Shown here: piece after piece, positions 1-15,512 of the stretch
Numbering within the stretch: the stretch's first letter is position 1
How the letters are laid out: every line of letters starts with the position of its first letter
Source: Octopus vulgaris
Lineage: Eukaryota
Length of the DNA stretch: 64,000 bases
NCBI GenBank assembly: GCA_951406725.2
Contig: OX597832.1
Coordinates: forward strand, 64,418,001 to 64,482,000
Direction of reading: 5' to 3'
The notes under the pieces: model-generated
What the model was told of the DNA's origin: nothing
The model's database searches: none
What the model saw: only the letters and a program-made list of their open reading frames with translations
Made by a program: the position numbers and the translations under genes

Positions 1-17
1 TTAGCTCAAAAGGCGCA

Positions 18-121
18 CATACACACACATATATGCAGATACATGCATATACATATATATGTATACATTTACATGCATACATATACATGTGTATATATAT
101 AAATATATACATATACATATA

Positions 122-152
<31 letters not shown>

Positions 153-206
153 ATATAAATATATACATATATATGTATATATACATATACATATGTATAT
201 ATAGAT

Positions 207-259
<53 letters not shown>

Positions 260-344
260 TACACATATATATATACATATACATACATAGACATATACAT
301 ATATATATATATGTACATATATACATATATATATACACTGATAT

Positions 345-407
<63 letters not shown>

Positions 408-420
408 TCAGTGTATATAT
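18..420. repeat. (TA)n/(TACA)n compound microsatellite
   Basis: Directly visible. It is one of dozens of similar tracts, e.g. 5875-5994, 9039-9190, 10573-10745, 15280-15510, 22250-22850, 25430-25720, 40860-41160 and 45495-45627. Confidence 0.98.
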
Positions 421-799
421 AAGTGGTAATGAGGTAAAAGAAAGAAGCTAAAATCGAGAGGAGCGACACATAAAAGAACCAAAACTATAGAAGGGCTACT
501 AAAAATGGTCAGAACTAATAAAGACTAATTACATATGAGGAAATCTATAATTTGCAAATGAATTAACGGAAATGTACAAGACGAAGGTCTATAAATGCAT
601 ATAAGTAGATATCTCTAGTAAAAAGCAAATTAAGGCTGAGGAGATCCAAAGAGTGTTACATGTAGGTTGATATTAAGACATAAACTTTACATAAAATAGG
701 TGCTAAAGAATTTTTACGACATGGACGCGAAGCCGTTAAGAACACAACTCCAAATGTATAAAATTACATAAAAATCTCTCTTTCTTTCTCTCTGTAAGC

Positions 800-1225
800 A
801 TGCATCTTAGACGTTGCCAATCTTGAAGCGGGTGGTTGCTGATCATTGCGGCTAAAGTACTGCTTCCACCATCAGAGGTGACCCGTGGCTCCCTCTCCCT
901 CGGCCAAATAGAGGCAACTTATAATCCACAACCGCTCCATCCCGTGTTTTATCCATGCCTTCTGAAAGCAAAGTGGAGTGTCCCCTTCATTGTAGCCATG
1001 CAGCTACAGCTGTGATTGAATATCAGGTTAATAGACTGTGCTTGCTCGTTTTGCAGTGACCCCCTTGGCTGATTACGCTCCTCGCCTGGACATATGCTAT
1101 AGGAAACATGTCTCGACCATTTTACATTTTCCCCCTCTCGACAGTGATGATCGACGCCTAAGGAAAGACAAAGTCAGTAGTCTGGAAATCAGCAGAGTTG
1201 CAGGGGCTGTCAGAAGATGATTTCG
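800..1225 (-). mobile_element. Decayed RTE-related 5'UTR-like fragment
   Basis: GC-richer block. Its segment agtctggaaatcagcagagttgcaggggctgtcagaagatg resembles tttggcaccagcttggttgcagaagctgccagaagagtg at about 15716-15755. The RTE assignment is from recall only. Confidence 0.3.
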
Positions 1226-1692
1226 CACACTAGCGTAGCTAGAGTGTGTGCCTCCTGGGTCGGCCCTTCAGTTTGCCGCCCCTGAACACCCACGAAAGTA
1301 CATATTGCCTATAGCAGGCACAAAAGTGGTGCCTCCCCCATAAAAGTGCCGCCCAGCCACTTCTAGGACTTTGGCACAGTCTTATATTTATATATATAAT
1401 AAAGAATTAAAGTTTATATAAAAGCTCCTATGCGCTTTTCGCCATTATTGTTGTTTGGAACCCTGCGATAGAAGGCCTTCGCCTATGATGATACTTTAAC
1501 CACAACGGATCCCTAAGGAATACTAATTTGTATCAAACTACAGATAACTATTTCCGAAGTTGGACGGATGGCGAGAGCATTTATATATATTTTAGGAGGA
1601 AATTTGGAGAAACAAAAGAATAAAAAGGAAACATCTTAGGTACAAAAGAAAATGAGAGTGAGAGAGAGACGGAGAAGACATACGTACACCCT

Positions 1693-1793
<101 letters not shown>

Positions 1794-2014
1794 CGTGTGT
1801 GTATGTGCGTTGCGTGTGCAAACACCCACTCGTATATATCGATGGGTTTGAGCAGGTAGTCCTGTATAGACATATAAGTTGTTCGTTTTAACTTTGACGA
1901 TATTTTATGCCTATTTTTCTGAAAACATTTTCAAGTATTGATGAACAGGCGAACAGTCAATGGTGTTGAAGAGCATAAAGATTAAATTGTTGTTGTTGAG
2001 AAAAAATTAACAGA

Positions 2015-2400
2015 CATGGAAGTCATTTGAATATTGGAAACGATTTACTCCTGTCATGATGATCCACACCGGGTCTCGAAATGCCGATATGATGATTACT
2101 ATTCAGTGCTCCGAGAACACACTGGAACGGCTTTAAGACGTGACATGGGCTGCTGCAACGGAGACTACGAAACCGTGTCCAGGAGGAAGTGACACAGCAG
2201 ACGTTCTGACTGCGTCCGCACGCTCGGGTTCATCCCCACATCATTGAGCTGGGCATTAGGCTTATTTCGGGCGTTTGTATGAAGCTTCTGGAGACTGTGG
2301 AGTGGACAAACTCCAATTGCAAAGGTTTGTTGTAGGAGGACGATATGTGTGGCAGCAGGATTTGGCTCCTTGATCAAGGAGGTGTGAAATTATCTCGCCA
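2015..2400 (+). mobile_element. Internally deleted Tc1/mariner-superfamily (maT/DD37D-like) transposase relic
   Basis: Frameshifted translations: CCNGDYETVSRRK*HSRRSDCVRTLGF (from 2151), PHIIELGIRLISGVCMKLLETV (about 2234) and GRYVWQQDLAP (2338-2370). The last matches the QQDxAPxH second-catalytic-Asp motif. Confidence 0.7.
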
Positions 2401-3017
2401 GAGACACAGTGAGGAAAGCATTTGCCAGCAGTCATCTTCCACCACGGCTGTGGTCTCAAAGCCATAATCTAGCTGATAGAATTTGATTTTTTAAAATACT
2501 TTAATTTTTGGGTGCGTAATCACTTTTACAACAATTGTTCCGGAATGTACAAGTTGTGTTTCATGGAGAAGCACAACATACTGTATGAAACTACTACATC
2601 ATTGAATGGAAGATAGGAACTGGTAAACTGTTGGAGACATTTCCATCACAATTTTGTCAGCAGGTTAGTATATTCTCTTTCATAAGGAATAACCATTTGT
2701 TTAAATACGGTCGCAGATTATATTTCTATCTAGAGTTGTTTTTCTTTTTGCATAGGGTATTAAAGGCATGAAGATGTCATAATCTTGAACAATGAGTGAT
2801 GAAAATTTCCTAAATTCTTTGTTCAGGGATGAATGCGAGATAATCAAGAAACATTTGTCTTTACTTCTGTTAGGAAACCAATTAACACACGTGGATTGTT
2901 GTTTAACTGTATAGGAATGTGAATGGAAATATCTGTTAATATATTATAGTTGTATTCCTTTAATTATTATCACTTCTGCAAGCATGTATATACACATAAT
3001 GTGCATATATATATATA

Positions 3018-3469
3018 CGAGGGTGAGACAAAAAGTAATGCCATTTTTTTTTGGTACAGGTATAATTACCAACACATGGACTTGTATCATACATCAAAAT
3101 GAAGCCGGTCCTCCGCGGATCATATCCCTACTTCTCAACATAGTCACTTTTTCTCTCAATAGCAATGTTCCAACGAATGAGAGCATGCATCCCTGCTCTG
3201 TAAAATCCTGTTGAGTGTTCTTTGAGCGACTTCTTCACTACAGTTTTCGCATCCTCTTCACTGGAATGTTTGCCTCTCAAAAGCTCTTTAGAGATGATAG
3301 TATGAAGGCGCTAAATTATTCCAGTGATGAGGAAGTGAAAACTATAGTGAAGAAGAGGCTCAAAGTACAGTCAACAGAATTTTACGGGGGCAGGGGTTCA
3401 TGCTCTCATTCGAAGGTGAAACATTGCTATTGAGAGAAACGGTGACTATTACTTTTTGATTCACCCTCG
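3018..3469. mobile_element. Mariner-derived MITE built from two inverted transposase 3' ends
   Basis: TIRs cgagggtgagacaaaaagtaat / attactttttgattcaccctcg with TA on each side (3016-17, 3470-71). The right arm encodes a mariner C-terminus (YSSDEEVKTIVKKRLKVQSTEFY..HALIRR*NIAIERNGDY). The left arm is an inverted copy of the same region. Confidence 0.9.
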
Positions 3470-3499
3470 TATACAAAATATATTTACATATGCACAAGA

Positions 3500-3575
3500 T
3501 CGGATGTTCGATAAAGAATTTATTTCCCAACCCCATGCCTCAGGGTACGGTCCTACTGCATAGCACCTAGGACAC
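3500..3575 (+). mobile_element. SINE family A, 5' head fragment
   Basis: Aligns by eye to the head of the full copy at 27967-28365. Confidence 0.55.
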
Positions 3576-3649
3576 GTGTGTGTGTGTTTGGCTGTGTTCA
3601 TGTTTGTATGTGTGCATACGTGCGCATGTATCATATATATGCAGTTGAA

Positions 3650-3785
3650 ATATAAAACAACGGACGAAGATAGAAATATGAAAAAAACAGGCAAGTGTAT
3701 TAGTTTGACGCTCGAGAAAAATGAAAAACTCTTTTACGTTTCGAGCCTACGCTCTTCAACAGAAAGGAATAAGAGAAAATAAACA
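3650..3785 (-). mobile_element. PLE pseudo-LTR-like fragment with degenerate minimal hammerhead
   Basis: The minus strand reads ctgttgaagagcgtaggctcgaaacgtaaaag (3731-3762). Related copies lie at 29450-29610 (-) and 54875-54965 (+). Confidence 0.5.
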
Positions 3786-4351
3786 CATTGTACACATATA
3801 TGATATATATAATATATGCATAAATAAACATATATATATACATTTGTAAATGTATATACATATGTAAATATGAGTATGTATAATGTTATACGTATTTCAT
3901 TGGATTTCTCTCACTCTGTTTCTCTCTCTAGTTGTATGCCCTTGTATCTCTATTTCTCTCTCTCTGTCTCTCTCTCTCTCACTAATTCACTCAGTTTTAT
4001 TCCGTCTTCATTTCTCTCTCTTTCTCTCTCTTCTTCCTGATACTTTGTATCATATATTGAATAAAAATACATTTAAAAATAGAAGAAATTAGATGTTAGT
4101 TTTCTTATCGCTTAATGAGAGATAGATAGATAAATAGATAGAAAGAGAGAGAAAGAGGGGAGATGGAGGAGTCCTGTTAGCAAGCTTTAGATGGGGGTGA
4201 GTGGGATGAACGAAGTACGTGGGTTAAGGTAGAAAATTGAAATATTTGTATATGATTATTTACGAAAACCAGCAGCAGCAGTGACAGAATGAAAATAGAT
4301 ATTTTTATTGCCTCATAATTTCATACGATTGATTATCATCGTTGATGTTGT

Positions 4352-4411
<60 letters not shown>

Positions 4412-4434
4412 CAATACTAATACTATAACTATTA

Positions 4435-4491
<57 letters not shown>

Positions 4492-5679
4492 TGGTGTCTC
4501 CCCTGATAGCTTAATGTGTAATTGTATAAACGTTATGTTATTATGGTTGTTGTTTTTGTTACATACAAATTATTTGTGTTTTCGTTTTAATAATACCATT
4601 GTTTTGTATGGGCGGGAAGTTGTATGGATAAAAACCGAAGACCTAAGTCGGAAAGTTCACCAACAGACTAAGCTTCGATGAAAGCTGTCAACACCCAAAT
4701 ATTGTTATTAAACCAAACAACCGAATATGCTTACTTCTCCAGAATTCGGAACGCAAATAACTGGTACAAATACCACAAACTACCTCGTCGGAAGCTCTAA
4801 CTTTTCTGCAGATATCACCGCGGTTATATTGGTTTGTAATTTTATCGACTCGGACATGATGAAGAGCAAAGATGAGAATAGAGGAATTTGAACTCAAAGA
4901 GCAGATAGTCAGAACAAACAAGGTAAGCATATCTCCCAATATTGGAAAAGCAGATTTTTCCTAGAAAGTTCTGCAAGAATCTGCTTCCACTAGTTTTTGA
5001 TTTTATCGACTCAGAAGGGATCTGCAGTCACATCATCCAATGCTTCAACGCGTCTGCCAGAACGCCAAATTTTAGAGGGGATATGATTGCTATTTCTAGC
5101 ACGCCATTCGACCATGTAGGGACTCTCGCATTCCCTTAGTTGTATATGTTGGATGTAAAATAACGATGGATGTTAGAGGTAAAGAAAGATTGTTTTATTC
5201 CGGTTCACTGTCGAGTTTCCTGACCTTTTGTTTTGAAAACCTAACAGTGCTAAATCGATTAATCCGATGGAATTATTAAATTATCGGAAAAATATATTCT
5301 TTATTGCTCCCCAGATGAACGAAAATGGTGAAACTGATATTTACGTCGATATTTGAAAGAAAGACACTTTATAAAGTAATCTCTGGATATTTTTTCCCAA
5401 CAAACTAGATTGTTGGCATGACCTTTGTAAAGTGCAATGACCTTTGCGACCTACGGATTATTTCTTTCTAGCCAAAAGAATACAGCCACGAGAAAGAAAG
5501 TGAAATCCTTAGAAATGTTCTCCCATTGATTGACAGACAGGAGTGGCGACGCACAGACATACGTAATACTGTACATACCCATATACATTACAGACAAACG
5601 CACGCTTTCTCTCTTTCTCTCTCAAACACACACACATACTAAAATATGTACTCACGCACATATATAAAAGAAAAAGGAT

Positions 5680-5870
5680 GACGATCCTTCCTGTGTCATA
5701 CAGACTCATAGGGTCGGATTTCCGGCTCCCCATGACGAACATATTCCCCACCTGGGAGGGACGCCTGTCTTTCGCAGAATTAGTCATCTTGGACAGGTAA
5801 ATGGACTTCAGGAATCGAAACCACAATCTTACGATCATGAGTCTAACATTTTAATCAATAAGCAATGCGC
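5680..5870 (-). mobile_element. tRNA-derived SINE (family C-like), decayed
   Basis: Reverse-complemented B-box-like caggaatcgaaaccacaatcttacgatcatgag, similar to the heads at 10753 and 27412. Confidence 0.5.
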
Positions 5871-5890
5871 CCTCTATATATATATCTGTA

Positions 5891-6584
<694 letters not shown>

Positions 6585-6590
6585 TATATG

Positions 6591-6632
<42 letters not shown>

Positions 6633-6636
<4 letters not shown>

Positions 6637-7281
6637 AAAGTTTGTTTGGTAAAGCACGTGGGTGAATATATAAGAACATAGTAAAGAGTGAAAAAACGAC
6701 AGAAGGCTTAAATGTTAAAAAATATATATATTTGTGTCAAAATGTCTGGAGAGTATTGGAAAAATTTTTTTTCCTTTCCTTTAAATGACATAATTTTATA
6801 ATTTTTAAAGAAATTACCGGTTTCGCGTGTAGCTTTTCAAATTTCTTGTGACGTTATGTTTATATTGCATGGAGTTATCGTTGTGTTTATTTTCAGGAGA
6901 TTTCTAAATAAGGGGAGGTAGTGAGTGATTTCTTCCGGTGTAAGGGAGATAATCGCTTAAAAATTTTTTTCCTTTCCCTTGTTAATTTCTCTGTGTCAGT
7001 ATGTTCGGATGGTTGAGTCTGGGTTTGTACTTTTCAATGAAGAATGTTTCCTTGTTCAGTCTCATTTGTGTTGATGATCCGAAAGCACATTGGTAAAATG
7101 GGAAGATTAAAAATTGTGGCAGTAGTTGCTTTGCGCATTTCTCAATGTGCTCACTAAAAGGTATCATTCTATATTCTGGGAATGCAATCTGTTGTCGATG
7201 CAGTGTGCATCTACGCCTGAGTGATAGTCCCGTGGAACCCACGTAGTCTTGGTGGCAGCCCGAGCATTTAATGACATAAAT

Positions 7282-7284
<3 letters not shown>
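6633..7284 (-). mobile_element. 5'-truncated Penelope-like element: GIY-YIG endonuclease C-terminus plus pLTR
   Basis: 6982-7284 encodes IIYVIKCSGCHQDYVGSTGLSLRRRCTLH...EH...E..FIEKYKPRLN, i.e. GIY-YIG motifs, the CxxC insert, catalytic R/E and terminal LN. It is followed by an AT-rich 3' region with a hammerhead and flanked by (TA)n on both sides. Confidence 0.88.
6808..6847 (-). ncRNA. Minimal type I hammerhead ribozyme, U3-A8 core variant
   Basis: Minus strand: AAGAAAU-UUGAAAA-GC(UACAC)GC-GAAA-CCGG-UA-AUUUCUU. It has a 7-bp stem I, a palindromic ACCGGU stem III and a GUA cleavage triplet. Confidence 0.7.
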
Positions 7285-7347
<63 letters not shown>

Positions 7348-7789
7348 CAAAACATTCAAACACTGAGATTTGAAATCAGACGTCACTACTGTTCATATAA
7401 TATGTGTATAAATTTTAAAATTGATGATATCACCAGCAGTGACATATGTGGATCGCAGGCGCAATAGCATTAAATAGCGATGAATTATAAATTTGCACGA
7501 AGCGTAAGGATGCTTAACAAGCATCCACCTGCTAGAAATAAGAGCAAAAGTTTTAAATTTATCCACCGTTCTGCACCAAGACCCTATGAGTCTATATGAC
7601 ACATGAAGGATCGTCATCCTCTTTCTTTTATATATATGCGTGAGTACATATTCAAGTATGTGTGTGTCCGTGTGTTTGAGTGAGAAAGAGTGCGTTTGTG
7701 TAATGTATATGCGTATATACAGTGTTACGTATGTCTGTTTAATACAGGTTTTTCCCTAAATTATATATATATATATATATATATGTATA

Positions 7790-9164
<1,375 letters not shown>

Positions 9165-9190
9165 TATATACATACATACGTATATATATA

Positions 9191-9381
9191 TTCTCGTTTC
9201 TCGTTCGCGTTTACTTGTTTCAGTCATTTGACTGCGGCCATGCTGGAGCACCGCCTTTAATCGAGCAAATCGACCCCGAGACTTATTCTTTGTAAGCCCA
9301 GTACTTATTCTATCGATCTCTTTTTGCCGAACCGCTAAGTGACGGGGACATAAACACACCAGCATCGGTTGTCAAGCAATG
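9191..9381 (-). mobile_element. SINE family A, 3' half
   Basis: Near-identical reverse complement of 28172-28345. Confidence 0.9.
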
Positions 9382-9743
9382 TATGTATGTATGTATGTAT
9401 GTATGTATGTATGCATGTATGTATGTACGCGTGTGTGTAGTGTGTAAATAAATAAATAAATAAATAGGAAATAGCGGTACGATATCAAGCGTAATATGAA
9501 AAGACCGAGACTTGAGTACTAGGTTGCCTATTTCTCTGGCGTTCTTCCTAGAGGTAGAACGAAATTGTTTTTATGTTCGCCTTCTGCGAGCATCATTGCC
9601 TCTGTACATTATCTGGCGTCGACCTGTTATCGACTGCTATTTTCAGTAAAATTTGATATCTTGTTGTGCCACTATTTCCTATTTATAACTCTACCTTTAC
9701 GGTCCTTTACTTCGGTGGACAATAATAGTATTGTGTGTGTGTG

Positions 9744-9866
<123 letters not shown>

Positions 9867-9894
9867 GTATACATATAGATATATATGTATATAC

Positions 9895-10687
<793 letters not shown>

Positions 10688-10688
10688 G

Positions 10689-10749
<61 letters not shown>

Positions 10750-10752
10750 GTG

Positions 10753-11080
10753 AAGGCGCGTGGCTTAGTGGTTAGGGTATGCGGCTCACGATTGTAAGGT
10801 GGTAAGTTCAATTCCCAGCGATGCGTTGTGTCCTTGAGCAAGACACTTTATTTCACGATGCTCCAGTCCAATCAAGTGGCAAAAAAAGAGTAGTACCTGT
10901 AATTCAAAGCCGCCATTCAGTGTCATGCTGAATCTCCCCGAGGACTACGTTAAGGGTGCACGTGCTTGTGGAGTACTCAGCCACGTTAATTTCACGAGCA
11001 TATTAATTTCACGTTAATTTCAGGCGGTTCCGTTGATCGGATCAACTGGAAGGCTCATCGTCGTAAGCGACGGAGTGCCA
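10753..11080 (+). mobile_element. tRNA-derived SINE family C
   Basis: A-box tggcttagtgg and B-box gttcaattcc, followed by the core gtgtccttgagcaagacacttt. Related copies at 14640-14750 (-), 27412-27525 (+), 35930-36065 (-), 46130-46355 (-) and 46625-46880 (+). Confidence 0.8.
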
Positions 11081-11205
11081 TACGTATATATATTTTATTG
11101 TGTCTGGAGAGAGTCATTCTGTTTTAATGCCGTATTAACACGAATTCACATCAGGAATCTTGCAAGCCAAATACACACACACACACACGCATACACACAC
11201 ACACA

Positions 11206-11360
11206 TAGTCGTGACCAAAAGTCTGGAACATCTTTTTAAAGATTAAAGTTGTTATGCCCAGGTACATTTCGATTCAGGTATGTAACAACGTATATATTTC
11301 GGCATTTAATATAATAATTCTAATTTTCAGATGAATGTTCCAAACTTTTGGCCACGACTC
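11206..11360. mobile_element. Tc1-type MITE, about 155 bp
   Basis: 25-bp TIRs agtcgtgaccaaaagtctggaacat (11207-11231) / atgttccaaacttttggccacgact (11335-11359) with 2 mismatches. Confidence 0.8.
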
Positions 11361-12003
11361 GAAATATATGTATGAAAAGGTTTTGCAGAATCTCATTGTA
11401 ACAAATTTACACACAAGGAATTCATCAACGTTATTTCAGTAATAGCCGGCTAAGACCCCACGTAGCCAACGCCATTACTAATATGAGAAAGAGAGGCGGG
11501 GAGGGGGAGAAAGAGAAAAAGATAGAGATAGAAAGAGAAACCCCTTCTGAATAAAGGTATTGATTAGTTCATAGTTGATATAGCGAAGGACAATATTGTC
11601 TGTACAGGACTTGTATTGTTTCTGAGACTGCTTTTATGCAGTATCGCTTTCATTGTTAAATTGGATTCGCCTTTAGCGAATTATATAACGTAGCGTGAAT
11701 GTAAGAACGATTACAATAATTGTAGGGGGAATTAGATTGGTTTTCTAACTTCAAAAATTCTAACATACCAAATATTGTTTTTACTAAATAACAAGAGCAT
11801 TAATTATTTGATGGCAAAACAGCAAATCGGAATACATAGTAACCCCACCACACAATACGATACTTATTTGTCTATTTATCCGCTTATTACTTTGTTGTTT
11901 ATGCACAATGCTTGTGTAATTTAGCGTATGCATGCATATATAGGTGTATATACGCACATGCATACGCTATACACACATGCATGCACACACATCACTAAAA
12001 TAT

Positions 12004-12338
12004 ATCATCATCGTTTTAACGTCCATGTTCCAAGCTGGCATGAGTCGAAGAGAATTTGTTGAGGCAGATTGTTTTACGGCCGGATACATTTCTTCCTGTC
12101 ACCACCTTCACCTTCTTCCAAGCAAAGTAATATTTTCCTCCTAGGCAGACATGTTTTAACGGGAGCTTGAAAATGATGGCATCGCTTATATGTCATTGAC
12201 GCTCGTTTACAACAACCACGCGACTGCAAACACGGAAATGATGGGTACTTTCAGATTCCATCTACAAAGTCTGCTCACAAGAACTCAATTGGTCGGCTTG
12301 GTGTTATTGTAGAAGACACTTGCCGAAGGTGCCACGAA
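12004..12338 (-). mobile_element. SINE with family-A-like head and a different, (GAT)n-ended tail
   Basis: 12245-12338 resembles the SINE A head in reverse. 12004-12240 is a distinct tail ending in atcatcatc. Confidence 0.5.
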
Positions 12339-12444
12339 TATATCTCTGTGTGTGTATTAAAGTGAGGTTCAGGAGTCATGCATGTAATAACAAAGCCCCA
12401 GTTTCAATCCTGCTACCGAGCATTTTTTGAACCACATTATTAAT

Positions 12445-12700
12445 TCAAATCTTTATCATTTCATTTCTATTCTCAAGACAAATATCAAAGCTATTGTTGA
12501 CGAAAGCGTTGGCCAATACCTGCGTTACTGTAGATGTGATTCGAAGAAATACCGGATCGTCAGCGAAGTCAAGGGTTGTAAGTCTTCTCTCTGACAAACT
12601 GAAGCCGAATGCTGACACTACTGGAGTCATCATAATCAAAGTCTCGGACGACAGGGATGAAAAATGATCAGTGTGTGTCACTAACTCATTCTTGTAACGA
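12445..12700 (-). mobile_element. Decayed non-LTR reverse transcriptase fragment (RTE-like)
   Basis: The ORF contains LTTLDFADDPVFL, resembling the LD(F/Y)ADD RT catalytic motif. Confidence 0.5.
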
Positions 12701-13247
12701 TATCGAAACCTGTTCTGATGTAGCAAAGCATATATACAATCAAAGCATATATACAATGCAATCATATATACGGTCTTTTTCAAAGGATGGCATATGGCCT
12801 CATTCCTCCACTGAAGTCGGCTTATTTCCCATAGAGAGAGGATTTCCAGCATTGCAACGGATTTAGAAGTGCTTGCAAAACCCTGAGTAGCTCATGTTGT
12901 TTCTACAAGGGGCATAGCAACTGTCATGTTTATTACACACACACACACATACACACACAAATGTATGTATATATTTATGTATGTAAGTGTGTCTGTGTGT
13001 TCATGTGTGTTAATCACAATGAACAATATTTAGAACAAAGGAAAAAGAACATTTCATCAGTAAGTTGTTAATTTTACGTTTTAGCAGAAATAGAAATTGC
13101 CCTAACGCTTCAGATATCAGTTCTTCTTCAGAAGAAAGTCAAAGAGAAGCATAAAAGAAAAGGAAAAGACAACTGGCCAGTACAAAACCAAACAAAAAAG
13201 GTTGGCACAAGGCGTGGAGAGTGTGTGGTTTGTAGTTTGTTAGCAAG

Positions 13248-13324
<77 letters not shown>

Positions 13325-13366
13325 AGTGTGTGTGTGTGTGTGTGTGTCTGTGTGTCTGTGTGTGTA

Positions 13367-13717
13367 TAACTTAGATAACCTAGATTGCTTTCGACATTAT
13401 CGGCCCAAGCCATGACTCACTGAATAGCACCACCTGGAGAAGCCTTTTAGTTAATTATTTTGGGACGCCGTGGACCATTCAAGCAGAGAGTTGTTGTTGG
13501 TTGAGACTTATCCAGGTGTAGGTAGTTTATCTGGTATTTCCTGAAGGAATTTGTTCAGGTATCGTTTGAAAGTTGAGGGGTTTTTTCTGCTTTAATTTGT
13601 CTCGGGATAACTTTGGAAAGAGCAGAACCATTTTCAGTGAAGAAATTCTGTCGCAATGTTCTTATGTGATGTGATTTCAACGTTTGTAGGGGACGCATTG
13701 CACGAGGGCCTAGTCTT
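13367..13717 (-). mobile_element. CR1-like LINE 3' end
   Basis: Minus-strand RLGPRAMRP...FKRYLNKFLQEIPDKLPTPG..NNNSLLEW is homologous to 59825-60055 and shares the 3'UTR motif caggtggtgctatt. Confidence 0.8.
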
Positions 13718-13750
13718 ATATCACGGTATCACCCGGATTAACAGATGTTG

Positions 13751-13785
<35 letters not shown>

Positions 13786-14090
13786 GTGTGTGTGTCTGTG
13801 TGTGTGTGTATATATATTAAAAATATATATAAAAATACAAATGGGATAAGACGCAAAACATTCAAATAGACGAGACAAAAAACGGACGGGTCATTCGAAG
13901 CCTCTAATCTTCAGTAAAGAACCGGATCATCCTCGCGATTTCGGCTGATTAATCTTGAGATCGGTCCGATCCGGCCAGCCCCAAGGAAAAACTAAGCTAT
14001 GAGCATTAGATTTCTTGAAAAAAGGATCGAATGTATACGAAACAAGGACAGAAAAACGGACGATGCCACACGAATATATATACAAAAAAC

Positions 14091-14160
<70 letters not shown>

Positions 14161-14216
14161 CGACAAAAACAACAGGCGTCTTATATGTATATGTATATAT
14201 ATATGTATATATATAT

Positions 14217-14410
14217 GTAGGTCCCGGGTTGATTCGGGGTTAACCACAGTAAATAAGGTACTCAATACATAGCAGAGTAAAATTAATTTATTATATAGAA
14301 GGAGCTTCTACAGGACTAGAAGTGTTTCATTCAAGGGAAATCTTCAGGAGCTTCCTGAAGATTTCTCTTGAATGAAACAGTTCTAGTCCTGTAGAAGCTC
14401 CTTCTATATA

Positions 14411-14416
<6 letters not shown>
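14217..14416 (-). mobile_element. Short PLE-like module with 5' inverted duplication (palindrome) and hammerhead-like core
   Basis: Arms 14286-14349 / 14353-14416 (64 bp, 2 mismatches). Contains CTGAAGA-tttctcttgaat-GAAA-cagttc. Sits inside (TA)n, with a sister copy at 42641-42801. Confidence 0.7.
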
Positions 14417-14467
<51 letters not shown>

Positions 14468-15290
14468 TATATAAACATATATATATGTATATACATATAT
14501 ATATATATATATATATCGCTGGTCATAATATGTTTTGCATTTTATTTATTTATTTGTGCTTGCTTTCGAATGCCGTCGCTGGTTAAGGCAGCAGGAAGGT
14601 TATTCCGTCAGTGGGTTACGCTTTTACAGCTGTGTGAACTGGTAAAACATGAAACGAAGAGTTTTGTTCAAGAAACCAGCGTCCCATGTGGTCCCAGAAT
14701 CGAACCAATGACCTGGCGATCTTGAGTGCAATGTCTTAACTCCTAAACCGCAATACTTCATTCTCACATACACATTATGTATACATGCATACATGCAAAT
14801 ATTTCTACACGCACACCCACACACACACCCACACACACACACATATATAGACAGATAGATAGATATTAGTATTTAGATACAGATATCTTTGTGTGTAGCT
14901 TTGTTGTTGTGTATGCGTGCTTCTGGTATTCGTGATAAATTGCTATAAAGCAAAACGATGCTAAAGCTAACGATTGGCCAAAACTAACGACAACCTATTC
15001 ATTATCAGTCAATTGAAATCACTCATTTTGGAGAGGAGACAACAAATTTCACAATTGAAATTTTTATTGATGGAATTCAGTTGGCAGCAAGTAAAACAAT
15101 AATAAATTTACACTCGCAAACACACACACACACACATGTTTATATCTACATACGTACACACTGACACAGACACACAGACACACGCACACACACACACACA
15201 CACAATCATACATACAGAAAGTTTAATGCAAACATTTGTGCGCGTGAGAATTTGTGTGTGTTTTCATGTACTTGTATATATGTATGTATA

Positions 15291-15356
<66 letters not shown>

Positions 15357-15454
15357 CTCATACATATACATATATACATATACATATATATATACATATA
15401 TATATATATACACATATATATACATATATATATACAATATATATGCATATATAT

Positions 15455-15491
<37 letters not shown>

Positions 15492-15512
15492 CACGTATAC
15501 ATATATATATTG

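Noticed and set aside
13105-13140. ctgaagaagaactgatatctgaagcgttag (minus), and ccgaagacctaagtcggaaagttc at about 4635
   Set aside because: Too degenerate. GAAA or the stems are missing.
13830-14090. Two hammerhead-like strings on the minus strand (ctcaaga..gaaatcgcga; ctgaaga..cgaatgac)
   Set aside because: Essential core positions and stem II pairing are not satisfied. It may be a PLE-derived repeat but is not supportable as a ribozyme.
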